Made by a program: the position numbers and the translations under genes
Notes under the pieces: model-generated
Databases searched by the model: none
What the model saw: the letters and a program-made list of their open reading frames with translations, nothing else
What the model was told of the DNA's origin: nothing
Part shown: positions 1 through 11,799 of the stretch, in pieces
How positions within the stretch are numbered: the stretch's first letter is position 1
How the letters are laid out: each line of letters starts with the position of its first letter
From: Leucoraja ocellata
Taxonomy: Eukaryota
NCBI GenBank assembly: GCA_036785375.1
Contig: JAWMAR010000541.1
Span: 248,001-312,000, forward strand
Direction: 5' to 3'
DNA: 64,000 nt

Positions 1-345
1 ATCCTTTCGCATCTCCTCAAAGTTAGCCTTTCTCCAATCAAAAATCTCAACCCTAGGTCCAGTTCTGACCCTCTCCATAATTATATTGAAACTAATGGTA
101 TTGTGATCACTGGACCCGAACTGTTCCCCAACGCATACCTCCGCCACCTGACCCGCCTCATTTCCTAACAGGAGATCCAGCACTGCCCAGTCTTTAATAG
201 TTACCTCTATGTACTGTTGCAAAAATCTATCCTGCACACATTTTACAAACTCCAAACCATCAAGCCCATTTACAGAATGTGTTTCCCAGTCTATGTGTGG
301 AAAATTGAAATCTCCCACAAACACTACCTTGTGCTTACTACTAAT
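1..345 (-). mobile_element. CR1 LINE ORF2 endonuclease-region fragment
   Basis: Reverse strand resembles the EN region of the CR1 at 6527-7174 (VGDFNF, LDLLLGNE, SDHN). Confidence 0.7.
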
Positions 346-1404
346 ATTCCTACACCCAAATGACAAAGAATTTTCTTTTTTCTCGGATGTATATCATAGT
401 TACTCTTGGATGATGAGCCATGATCATATTGAATGGCGGTGCTGGCTCAAAGGGCTGAATGGCCTACTCTTGCACCTATTTTCTATGTTTCTATGATTGA
501 CTACTTTATAATAGATTCTCGGCTAGTTTGATCGGTCACTGCATGCGAGTATGATGCAATTGCTATTTCTGATCTTGCAACATTGAAACTATCAATTAAA
601 CTACCTGACCCCAAGTTTAGTACTAAACAATGGCGATGTAATACTACTTTTCTTCAAGATCTCAATTTTGTTCATTTTATTTAAGATCAGATTGCTTTTT
701 TCTTCTTAACAAATTCTACTGAAGAAATATCCAATGAGGTAGTCTGGGATGTTTTCAAGGCATATATTCAGGGCCAAATTATTTCATACTCTGCAGGATT
801 AAAAAACAAACTCAAAATGAAAGACGTACATTGGCTGACGAGATTAAAGAAATGAATAAATAATATTCAAAAGCTCCTAGTTTAGAGCTCTATAAGAATA
901 GAGTTGAACTTCAATTGAAACTTGATTTCTTATTAGTATCACCGAATCCGAATCTGAATCTGATTGAGAATCAGCTAGTTAAAAAGTCAATTTTATATAC
1001 ATGGCGAAAATCTGGTAAATTACTCGCCAATCAGTTGAAAGCGGTAACCAAACGTCAGATTAAAGTGAGTAAACGAGATTGTACACTGACTGTACCCACG
1101 ATGAAATTAATCAATCCTGTCAGGAATTTTATACCTCCCTATATCAATCAGAACTTCTGACTGATTCCAATATAATGCACGAGTGTTTGAAGAAACTGAA
1201 CTTGCCAAATTTATCACAAAATGAGTCTGTTGTTGAATGAACCCATCACGGAAGAAGAAATACAGAAATCAATCCTCTCGATGAATTTTGGTAAAGCTCC
1301 CGGTTTAGATGGGTTTACATTAAAAATGTTTTAAAGTAATTCTCAAGTTGACTGTCTCCCTGGCTATGCAAGGTTTTATAAAGAAGCCTTTTTAATGAAT
1401 AGAT

Positions 1405-2558
1405 TACATAGAAAGCAGGTGCAGGAGTAGGCCATTCGGCCCTTCGAGCCTGCACCGCCATTCAATATGATCATGGCTGATCATCCAACTCAGTATCCCG
1501 TACCTGCCTTCTCTCCATACCCCCTGATCCCTTTAGCCACAAGGGCCACATCTAACTCCCTCTTAAATATAGTCAATGAACTGGCCTCAACTACCTTCTG
1601 TGGCAGAGAGTTCCAGAGATTCACCACTCTCTGTGTAAAAAATATTTTTTACTCATCTCCGTCCTAAAAGATTTCCCCTTTATCCTTAAACTGTGACCCC
1701 CTAGTTCTGGACTTCCCCAACATTGGGAACAATCTTCCTGCATCTAGCCTGTCCAAGCCCTTGAGAATTTTGCAAGTTTCTATAAGATCCCCCCTCAATC
1801 CTGTAAATTCCAGCGAGTACAAGCCGAGTCTATCCAGTCTCTGTTCATATGAAAGTCCTGCCATTCCAGGAATCAGTCTGGTGAACCTTCTCTGTACTCC
1901 CTCTACGGCAAGAATGTCCTTCCTCAGATTAGGAGACCAAAACTGTACGCAATACCCCAGGTGTGGTCTCACCAAGACCCTGTACAACTGCAGTACAACC
2001 TCCCTGCTCCTATACTCAAATCCTTTTGATATGAATGCTGCTAACATACCATTCGCTTTCTTCACTGCCTGCTGCACCTGCATGCCTACTTTCAATGACT
2101 GGTGAACCATGACACCCAGGTCTCGTTGCATCTCCCCTTTTCCTAATCGGCCACCATTCAGATAATAGTTTCTTTCCTGTTTTTGCCACCAAAGTAGATA
2201 ACCTTACATTTATCCACATTATACTGCATCTGCCATGCATTTGCCCAGTCACCCAGTCTATCCAAGTCACCTTGCAGCCTCCTAGCATCCTCCTCACAGC
2301 TAACACTGCCCCCCAGCTTAGTGTCATCCGCAAACTTGGAGGTATTGCCTTCAATTCCCTCATCCAGATCATTAATATATATTGTAAATAGCTGGGGTCC
2401 CAACACTGAGCCTTGCGGTACCCCACTAGTCACTGCCTGCCATTGTGAAAAGGACCCGTTTACTCCTACTCTTTGCTTCCTGTTTGCCAGCCAGTTCTCT
2501 ATCCACATCAATACTGAACCCCCAATACCGTGTGCTTTAAGTTTGTATACTAATCTCT
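1405..2558 (-). mobile_element. CR1 LINE 3' portion nested in the L1
   Basis: GVPQGSVLGP, KFADDTKL and LVRPHLxYCVQFWSP motifs plus the CR1 3' tail. Confidence 0.92.
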
Positions 2559-3279
2559 GTCCTTTAAGTCCTTTACTGTTTGATATCGCTTTGGAATGCC
2601 CTAATATTTTTGGTATTGTCCGCGGGAATAAGACACATAAGCTATCCCTTTATGCAGATGATCTGTTATTATTCATTTCTAACCATGAGAAATCTATTCC
2701 GGCAATAGTAGCATTACTTAATCAATTTAGTACTTTTTCTGGTTATAAACTAAATCTTAGTAAGAGTGAGCTTTTTCCATTAAACAATCTAGTTTTGAAT
2801 TATGGACAGTTTTCATTTAGATTGACTACCGAATGTTTTACTTATTTAGGTATTAAGATTACCAAGAACCACAAGGATTTATTTCAAGCTAATTTTACAC
2901 CTCTAATTGACCATATCAAACAACAGTTTACTAAATGGTCACCAATGTCCTTATCTTTGATCAGCCAAATCAAGGCTATTCAAATGTTTATCTTACCTAA
3001 ATGTTTGTATTTATTTCAGATGATACCAATTTTTATTGCTAAATCTTTCTTTAATATTATTGACTCCAAAATGTCTTCATATATGGCAGAATAAAAAGTC
3101 CAGACTAAGTAAAAAATACTTACAGAAAACAAAAAAAGATGGTGGTTTGGCACTGCCGAACCTTAGATTCTACTATTGGGCAGTTAATGCTCATTATTTA
3201 ACGTTTTGGACAAAAGATTTAGAAGATACCCAATGCCCAGGATGGATAAATCTTGAATGTGATTCTATGCAAGGGCTAT

Positions 3280-3912
3280 TAATAGACAATAGACAATAGG
3301 TGCAGGAGTAGGCCATTTGGCCCTTCGAATTTGAGGAAGGACATTCAGCACCTCCATTCAATCTGATCATCCCCAATCAGTACCCCGTTCCTACCTTCTC
3401 CCCATATCCCCTGGCTCCACTATTTTTAAGAGACCTATCTAGCTCTCTCTTGAAAGCATCCAGAGAACCAGCCTCCACCTGAGGCAGAGAATTCTCAGAC
3501 TCACCACTCTGAGAGAAAAAGTGTTTCCTCGTCTCCGTTCTAAATGGCTTACTTCTTAAACTGTGGCCCCTGGTTCTGGACTCCCCCAACATCTGGACCA
3601 TGTTTCCTGCCTCTAGCGTGTCCAAGCCCTTAACAATCCTATACGTTTCAATGAGATACCCTCTCATCCTTCTAAACTCCAGAGTGTACAAGCCCAGCTG
3701 CTCCATTCTCTCAGCATATGACAGTCCCGCCATCCTGGGAATTAACCTTGTAAACCTATGCTGTACCCCCTCAATAGCAAGAATGTCCTTCCTCAAACTA
3801 GGGGACCAAAACTGCACACAATACTCCAGGTGTGGTCTCACTAGGGCTCTGTACAACTGCAGAAGGACCTCTTTGCTCCTATATTCGATTCCTCTTGTTA
3901 TAAAGGCCAACA
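3280..3912 (-). mobile_element. 5'-truncated CR1 nested in the L1, GCTAT target duplication
   Basis: CR1 C-terminal ORF (3377-3985) and a CAATAGA-repeat tail. GCTAT lies at 3275-3279 and 3913-3917, and removing the insert restores the L1 frame (MQGL-SLASILGS). Confidence 0.88.
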
Positions 3913-4722
3913 TGCTATCATTGGCTTCTATTCTAGGGTCCTCGTAACCTTTTACAATTACGAGATTGAATAAATATATGACCAATCTAATAATAAGACA
4001 TACATTCCGAATATGGTTTCAATTTTGTAAGTTTTTTGGATTGAATGATTTTATCTTATCGAGACCCATCAAATCTATTTTTTTTCTTCCAACCTGCTAG
4101 TACTGATCAAGCCTTTCTGTTATGGAAGAGGAAGGGATTAGTAGCTTTTCATGATTTGTTTTTGGACGGTTGTTTTATGTCTTTTGAACAACTCTCCAAT
4201 AAATATCATTTACCTAACACACAAGTGTTTAGATATTTACAAATTAGACATTTTGTGAAGGCTACTCTACCCTTTCTTCCGTTACCACATCAAACCAAAA
4301 TCTTAGAAAATATTTACATTTCAACCCTTATCAGAAAGGCTTAATATCGACTATTTACGTTGATTTTGAAATTACAAATAGATACAATTAAAAAATTAAG
4401 AATGACTGGGAAAGAACTAGTTTATGGAGGTTTCATTTTCCTTTTTTCTCTTTTTCTTTTTTTCCTTTTTATCTTTTTTTTTATTTTTATAGATACACGT
4501 TTTCTTTTAAACACTTAATTATATTTACATAGAGACCGGGAAGTCTATATTCAATGTGTATTTTGACACTGGACTCATATTTAGGTTATACCTGTTATTA
4601 ATGTAATCCTGATCCCTATGTATCAACATCATTGCTATGTTTATCATTATTTTTGTTGTTTTGTTTTTGTTTTGAAAAACAACTAATAAAAAGATTTTAA
4701 AAGATAAAAAAAGAAAAAAAAA

Positions 4723-5385
4723 AGACCATTTGCCACCCTTCAGTCTTCCAGCACCTCTCCTGTATTTAAAGATGACTTGTAAATTTCAACCAGGGATCCG
4801 GCAATTTCCTCTCTAGTTTTCCACAATGTCCTCAGATATATCTGATCAGGCCCTGGACATTTGTCTACCTTCGTATACAATAGTACCTTCAGGAATTCTT
4901 TCACCGTAACAGTGACTGCTCCCAAAATACTTGCATTGGCTGCCCCAAGTTTCTCCGACCTCGTGTCTTTCTCCTCAGTAAATACAGAGGAGAAATACTC
5001 ATTGAGGACCTTGCCCATCTCCTGTGGCTCCACACAGAGGTGGCCACTTTGATTTCTGAGTGGTGTCACTCTCTCTCTACTTACCCTCTTCCCGCTTATA
5101 TATTTATAAATCTCTTTGGATTGTATTCATGCTATCTGCCAGAGATATCTCCCGGCCCCTTTTTGCCCATCTGATTTCCTTGTCATTTACTCCTTAGTTC
5201 TCTAAACTCCTCCAGGATCGTGCTTGATCCCAGCTGCCTATACCTGCCCCATGCAGCCTTATTCTTGACCAATGCTTCAATTTCCCTCATTTCAAGCTTC
5301 CTTATGTTTGCCTGCCTTGCCCTTCACTCTAACAGGGACATACATATCCTGAGCTTTTGTTCGCACACTTTCAAAAACATCCCAC
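4723..5385 (-). mobile_element. CR1 ORF2 fragment
   Basis: LNEYFSSVFT and KCPGPDQIY motifs. Confidence 0.8.
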
Positions 5386-5732
5386 TTGACTCCATCCCCA
5401 GCCTCGGAGCTGCTGCAGGATCCAGGCCAGGGGTGGAGTAGTGGAGGACAGAAGCTCATGCCCCCAGCTTCACCCCAGGATCTGGGTGGGGGTTGGGGGT
5501 GACCTTGAGCCCAGTCATTGGATGGGATTAGAGTTATACAGGCCCTTTGGCCCTTCATATCCATCCCTCCATCACCGATACAGGGAAAGGCAGGAGATTC
5601 CCTGAAGATTTGTGAGATTGTGTTACGGCATTGTGATATTTTAATTCCATTTACCATTAAACCAATGTTTGAGCTGATAGGACCTTAGACCAGGATGCAA
5701 CAGGCCTACATATTGCCCCATTTAGCCTGGTG

Positions 5733-5770
5733 TTAACTTGTCCCAGGCTGTGCTGGGGTATTGTCCACAT
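5733..5770 (-). CDS. mhc2b: Candidate MHC class II beta cytoplasmic-tail exon (DVDNTPAQPGTS*)
   Basis: Pyrimidine-rich acceptor CCCCACTTCAG 118 nt after the TM exon; phase-compatible; ends in TAA. A second candidate acceptor exists at 5481. Confidence 0.5.
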
Positions 5771-5888
5771 CTGAAGTGGGGAATGGGCAGAGACCCAGTC
5801 CATGTTGGGCCCAGACTCTCCAGCCAAGTAGCAGCACCACAAGTGTACATTAGTGGAGCCCAGGGCTAGAGGTCACACACCAGCTCAC

Positions 5889-6005
5889 CTTTAGCGTTCC
5901 TCAGCTTCATTATAACTCCAGCCAGCAGGATGAGCAGCCCAAACACAAAGCCCAGCGCTCCCACGATGATCTTGGTTCTCTCAGACTCGGTAGTGCTCTG
6001 CACAC
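5889..6005 (-). CDS. mhc2b: MHC class II beta chain, connecting peptide/transmembrane exon
   Basis: AG/GT-bounded, phase 1/1, 117 nt. Translates to VQSTTESERTKIIVGALGFVFGLLILLAGVIMKLRNAK with the beta-type GxxGxxxGxxxxxxG TM glycine pattern. Confidence 0.92.
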
Positions 6006-6439
6006 CTGTCAGGTGAAAACGGGGAAGTTAGTACAGTCCTGGTGAACTCTCTCCTTCCACACACCCCCACCCCACCCAAAAGTCTCCACCAAGTTTAAAT
6101 ACAACAGATTGTGGTCCAGAAAGGGAACACAAACAGTATCTGGAATGGACACTGGAACATGGAGAATTTGAATTTCCATACCACAAGTATCTTTGACAGA
6201 AGTTGCTCAGACTCCAGTGGAAGAAGGACAAGGAAATCAACTATCTGCAGTTAAAGTGGGTGAAGAATAGAGTGGAAGAGAGCAATGTTGTGGTTGCCCT
6301 GGGTAGTGAATGAATCAGGTCACTAATTGGAACACATTTGAGTAATATTTAAATGTAGGATGAAGGGACATTACAGAATACATAGGTGTAGAGAATATTG
6401 TCAAAACTAATGTTCCACAGGAAACCTCCATTCTTTTGC

Positions 6440-7775
6440 TGAAGTGAATCAGATTCAGTGCGATGCTTGTAATATGTGGGAGGTCAAGGGCACTGCTGGT
6501 GCCTCTGGCTGCTACAAATGTGACAAGTGCATCCAGGTAGAGCTCCTGAAGGACCGTGTTGGAAGCTGAACATCCAGGGATATTCAATATTCAGGAGGGA
6601 TAGACAGGAAGGGAAAGGAGGTGGGGTAGCGTTGCTGGTTAGAGAGGAGATTAACGCAATGGAAAGGAAGGATATTAGCTTGGAGGATGTGGAATCGATA
6701 TGGGTAGAGCTGCGAAACACTAAGGGGCAGAAAACGCCAGTGGGAGTTGTGTACAGGCCACCTAACAGTAGTAGTGGAGTTGGGGATGGCATCAAACAGG
6801 AAATTAGAAATGCGTGCAACAAAGGTAAAACAGTTATAATGGGTGACTTCAATCTACATGTAGATTGGGTGAATCAAATTGGCAGGGGTGCTGAGGAAGA
6901 GGATTTCTTGGAATGTATGCGGGATAGTTTTCAAAAGCAATGTGTAGAGGAACCGACGAGAGAGCAGGCTATTCTAGACTGGGTATTGAGTAATGAGGAA
7001 GGGTTAGTTAACAGTCTTGTTGAGCGTGGCCCCTTGGGCAAGAGTGACCATAATATGGTTGAATTCTTCATTAGGATGGAGAGTGACATAAATAATTTAG
7101 AAACAAGGGTTCTGAATTTTAAAAAAGGTAACTTTGAGGGTATGAGATGTGAATTGGCCAAGATAGATGGTTAATTGATTCTTAAAGGGTTGAAGGTGGA
7201 TATGAAATGGAAGGCATGTAAAGACTGCATGGATGAACTACAACAATTGTTCATCCCAGTTTGGCAAAAGAATAAATCAGGGAAGGTAGTGCATCCGTGG
7301 ATAACAAGGGAAATCAGGGATAGTATCAAATACAAAAGATGAAGCATACAATTTAGCCAGAAAAAAGCAGCCTACCAGAGGACTGGGAGAAATTCAGAGT
7401 CCAGCAGAGGAGCACAAAGGGTTTAATTAGGAAAGGGAAAATAGATTATGAAAGAAAACTGGCAGGGAACATAAAAACTGACTGCAAATGTTTTTATAGA
7501 TATGTGAAGAGAAAAAGATTAGTTAAAACAAATGTAGGTCCCTTGCAGTCAGAAACGGGTGAATTGATCATGGGGAACAAGGACATGGCAGACCAATTGA
7601 ATAACTACTTTGGTTCTGTCTTCACTAAGGAAGCCATAAATAGTCTGCTGGAAAAAGCAAAGGTTAAATGAGATGGAGGAACTGAGTGAAATCCAGGTTA
7701 GCCGGGAAGTGGTGTTAGGTAAATCGAATGGATTAAAGGCTGATAAATCCCCAGGGCCAGATAGGCTCCATCCCA
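6440..7775 (+). mobile_element. CR1 LINE, ORF2 endonuclease to RT-proximal region, running into the gap
   Basis: RRDR..GKGGGVAL, VYRPP, MGDFN, SDHN and KSPGPD motifs. Confidence 0.9.
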
Positions 7776-8093
7776 NNNNNNNNNNNNNNNNNNNNNNNNN
7801 NNNNNNNNNNNNNNNNNNNNNNNNNNNNNNNNNNNNNNNNNNNNNNNNNNNNNNNNNNNNNNNNNNNNNNNNNNNNNNNNNNNNNNNNNNNNNNNNNNNN
7901 NNNNNNNNNNNNNNNNNNNNNNNNNNNNNNNNNNNNNNNNNNNNNNNNNNNNNNNNNNNNNNNNNNNNNNNNNNNNNNNNNNNNNNNNNNNNNNNNNNNN
8001 NNNNNNNNNNNNNNNNNNNNNNNNNNNNNNNNNNNNNNNNNNNNNNNNNNNNNNNNNNNNNNNNNNNNNNNNNNNNNNNNNNNNNNNNNNNNN
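7776..8093. other. Assembly gap (318 N), probably hiding the beta2 Ig exon
   Basis: Run of N between the beta1 and TM exons; no Ig exon found in the sequenced flanks. Confidence 0.9.
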
Positions 8094-8336
8094 AGAATCC
8101 AAGCTCCCCACCATCTGTTCACATGGGTTTACAATGTATGTGCCCAGCCAGAGAATCCCACCAGGGGTCTGAGGGGAATGGTCAGATGATCAGAATTGTG
8201 ATCTGCAACTGTTTCCCAGCTCCATCACCAGCAGCAGAAGCTTCACCCACTCCCTGGTTGTGACTATTCCATGGAAACCCCATTCCCATGGTTGGCCCAT
8301 CTCACCAGAGAATCTCCCCACCCTTGCCCCGCTCAC

Positions 8337-8603
8337 CTCTCCGGGGCAGCACCTCTCTTGATAAATGGGAATGTTGTTCTCACACATGCTGATCGCACCC
8401 TGGTATATTGATTCTGCTGTCCCGTCCTTATTCCATCTGTCACGTTGCTCTGCATCCAGTCCTTTACTGCTACCACCTTCCTCTGGTCAAAGTCAAAGAA
8501 GTAGATGAGCTCGCCATCATAGTATGCTGATTAGTGTAGGTCCATTGCTTGGCTTCACTGCTGTTAAACAAACAGCCCGCAATCCAGCTTCCGCTGTGAG
8601 CCC
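8337..8603 (-). CDS. mhc2b: MHC class II beta chain, exon 2 (beta1 peptide-binding domain), frame disrupted by three 1-nt deletions as assembled
   Basis: CAG acceptor and GTGAG donor. Piecewise translation: GAHSGSWIAGCLFNSSEAKQWTYTNQ / YYDGELIYFFDFDQRKVVAVKDWMQSNV / DRWNKDGTAESIYQGAISMCENNIPIYQE / VLPRR. Both Cys, the NSS glycan site, WN and CxxN motifs are present. Length is 267 nt versus the typical 270. Confidence 0.9.
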
Positions 8604-9257
8604 CTGTAGTGGGGGTGCGGGGGGGGGGGGGGGGGGGGGAAGGGATACAAGATTACTCCCACACTGGACACTCTCACCCTTGGAACCATCTTTCTCTTCC
8701 CCTCGCCCCACTGAAGACATGTGCCCTGTCCTGACTAACACCTCTCACCTGCTGGTCAACAACTAACACTAGTCTTGGTGCCACCACCATGGCCCAGTCC
8801 CCGCGGCTAGATGGCCAATCCCGTACATGAGAGTCAGTAACATCTGCGGTAAATCAACCACAGAATGGAGACAGGGGCAGTCACACCCAGACCTGTAGGA
8901 AGTTCCCTGTAGAGGACAATGGGAAGCTGTGGGCAACAGCTTCCTTTCAGCAGACCTGGTCTTGGTGCCACAACCATCACAAGTGCTGGAGGATGAAGAC
9001 CAGGCCAGCGGTCAGTCAGCGGTTGCAACTGGTTCACAGATGGGAACTGTATCAAGGGATGCTGTCACTCATCCAAACTGATATTTTAAGGGGGCAAAGT
9101 GCTTTACAATGAGGGGACTAGGTGTTTGGTGGGGGCACAACTTGCTGGGAATGAGATCAATGTCTGGGGGAAATTAATGATCAGTATGCATGGGTCAAGT
9201 TTGATAGGAGTGGAATAAATCAGATTTGGAGTCAGCTGTACAGCACAGAAACAGGTC

Positions 9258-9450
9258 CACAAAAATGCTGGAGAAACTCAGCGGGTGCAGCAGCATCTAT
9301 GGAGCGAAGGAAATGGGTGACGTTTCGGGCCAAAACCCTTCAACGTCCCTCCCAAAACGTCACCTACTTCCTTCGCTCCATAGATGCTGCTGCACCCACT
9401 GAGTTTCTCCAGCTTTTCTGTCTAGCTTCGATCTTCCAGCATCTGCAGTT
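9258..9450. mobile_element. Short palindromic Penelope-terminal-repeat-type element
   Basis: Inverted arms AATGCTGGAGAAACTCAGCGGGTGCAGCAGCATCTATGGAGCGAAGG and its complement. Same family as the elements near 24075-24205, 24630-24855, 37625-37720, 38225-38345 and 39774-39996. Confidence 0.7.
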
Positions 9451-10811
9451 TATTGGCCCAACTTTGTCTGCACATTCTGCACAAATCCCAAATGCCTGCA
9501 CTATGTCCATAGCCGTCCAAACACTTCATATCCATTATATTATGTAATTGTATTTTAAATCTCATTTTACTCTTGTTTGTAGATTAATCAGTGGGGACAT
9601 GAGGCTTGCAGAGGAAACCAGGGTTCAGGGAACGAAGGTTGGATGGACAATAACAGAGCATGGACGGAGTGAGGGACAAGGGTGAGGCATGTTGTCTGTG
9701 CAAGGCTCCAACAAGCAAAATGCCCAGTTAGATTGGGGAATGAATCATTCTGGGCACATTTCCACAGACATGAAGTAGGTACAGAGATCTGACTGTGGGA
9801 TTGAGTATTTAATATTACCAGCCCACACTGTTCAGGCGACTACAACTACAGCTACAGTCACATCTGAGGCAGGTACAGCAATACTGCAGGGTGGGTTGGA
9901 ACCCACAAGGATCACTGAATACACCTGGGAAAGTCTGAGTCACGACCACTTGTGGTATCAAAAAATTACAGCTGGATTATTTGAGTTTTGTCTCAAATTT
10001 GGATTCTGGCTTGGGCAGCAGTAAAATTAGAGTGCTTGCTTCATAGAACCAGTGGCCTGGTTTTCAATCCTCAGTTGTTGTGTGGCGTTTGCATGTTCTC
10101 CCTTTCACCTTTAAGTCCCTCCCTTCTCTCTCGCTCTCTCCCTCTCCCTTCCCACTCCCCCCCCCCCTCCTCCTCCTCTCATCCCCCTCTCCCCTCCCCC
10201 CAAGACCTGTCGGGAACTTGATTCAATCCACTCTCATCTTGAATTCCAACAGATACAAGCTCAGCCTTAAAAGGCCACATACCCATTTCAGTTTAGTCTG
10301 GAACAGAACAGCCCTTCAGCCCACAATGTTTGCCCCAAACATAAACAGATTTTATCTGCCTGCACATGATCCATATCCCCTCTATCCTCTGCGCTTCCAT
10401 GTGCCCATCCAAAAGTCTCCTAAATGCCACCACCATTGTATCTGTTGTCACCACCATCACTGGCAACATGCTCCAGGCCTCCACTACTCACCAACAAACT
10501 TGCCTTGTATATCTCCATAAAACATTCTGCCTCTCACCTTAACCCTCTATTGTTGGACCCTGGAACAATCTCTGACTGTCTACTCTATCTATGCCTCTCA
10601 CAACTTTACTTCATTCTACACTAGGTCCAAGCCTCAACAACCAGTTTCTCACCAACAGACTCTACTAGCTTTGCCTGCCTCCAGACTTGTCATTCCACCG
10701 ACACTCCATGGCAACTACCCACAGCTGGACTGCTCCTGACAGTCCTCAGAGGCCTTTCCTTCATTCCCTTCTGCAATATGACAGAGCTTTTCTTCCATTA
10801 CCTCTATTCTA

Positions 10812-11372
10812 ATGCCCCTGTCCCACTTAGGAAACCTGAACGGAAACCTCTGCAGACTTTGCGCCCCACCCAAGGTTTCCGTGCAGTTCCCGGTGGTTTT
10901 TGTCGAAAGCAGAGGGAGAAGGGAGAAGGGAGGGAGAGAGAGAAGGGAGGGAATTAATGGCCACAGGGAGAACATGCAAACTCCCCACTGCAACTGAGAC
11001 TTCTATGTTCCGGCGATTATTTAAAAAAATTCAAAACCGGCCGCGACTAAAAATAGGTTGCCGTGGTGGAAGGTAAGACCTCCCTGGTGGAATAAAACTG
11101 GGTGGAAAAAAGGTCTTACCTTCCACTACCTGCTACCTCCGGCAACCACCTTCAACTAGCATGGCAACCGGCTTCAACTAAAAAATTACCGATTTTTAGT
11201 CGCGGCCGGTTTTGAATTTTTTGAAATAATCGGCAGATCCTAGAAGAAGCGGAAACCACTTTTAACCATTAGATAGACTGACAAAAACCTCCGGGAACCG
11301 CACGGAAACCTTGGGTGGGGCGCAAAGTCTCCAGAGGTTTCCGTTCAGGTCTCCTAAGTGGGACAGGGGCAT
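10812..11372. mobile_element. Non-autonomous foldback DNA transposon (MITE)
   Basis: About 80-bp terminal inverted repeats (ATGCCCCTGTCCCACTTAGG...) plus internal inverted repeats; TA on both flanks. Confidence 0.85.
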
Positions 11373-11799
11373 TACTCTATGGGAAGGATTCCTCACCACT
11401 CAGTGATGACCCCTACCCCACCAGTCCCACTCCTCTGCACTCTCCCAGGCAGCCGTCTCCCCTCTTTAGATCTTTAGGTTGTAACTATCAGTGTGACATC
11501 AACAGTCTCAACTTTTCCACTCACCTCACCTACTCCAACCTCTCCCCCTTCTGAATGTACAGGCCTAAGCTCACTCTGCACCAACCCCAACATTATATCA
11601 AACCCACCATCATGGGAGGTGCCGTGATAGACTGGTGAGCTGACCTCTACCATAGTGACACCAGGCACCAGCTCTCAGAGACCTGACTTGCCCTTGGACC
11701 ACAGACGACCATAATTCGAGTATTTCTGATTTGATCACTTTCAGCTGTCTGCCCTCTGCAGCCCTCCAACCTTGTCATTTCCCAGCCCCGCACGGCCCC

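Larger units (their letters stand above)
498..4722 (+). mobile_element. Degenerate AT-rich L1-clade LINE, interrupted by two CR1 insertions
   Basis: Motifs KAPGLDGF, CPLSPLLFDIALE, LSLYADDLLLF, SGYKLNLSKSE and GGLALPNLRFYYWA; AATAAA near 4685 followed by an A-rich tail. Confidence 0.85.

Noticed and set aside
2321-3094. 257-aa ORF as a novel protein
   Set aside because: Chance fusion of antisense CR1 with L1 RT across an insertion junction. The same applies to 29708-30247, 30147-30611 and 61465-62124.
7673-8263. ORFs containing X runs
   Set aside because: They span the assembly gap.
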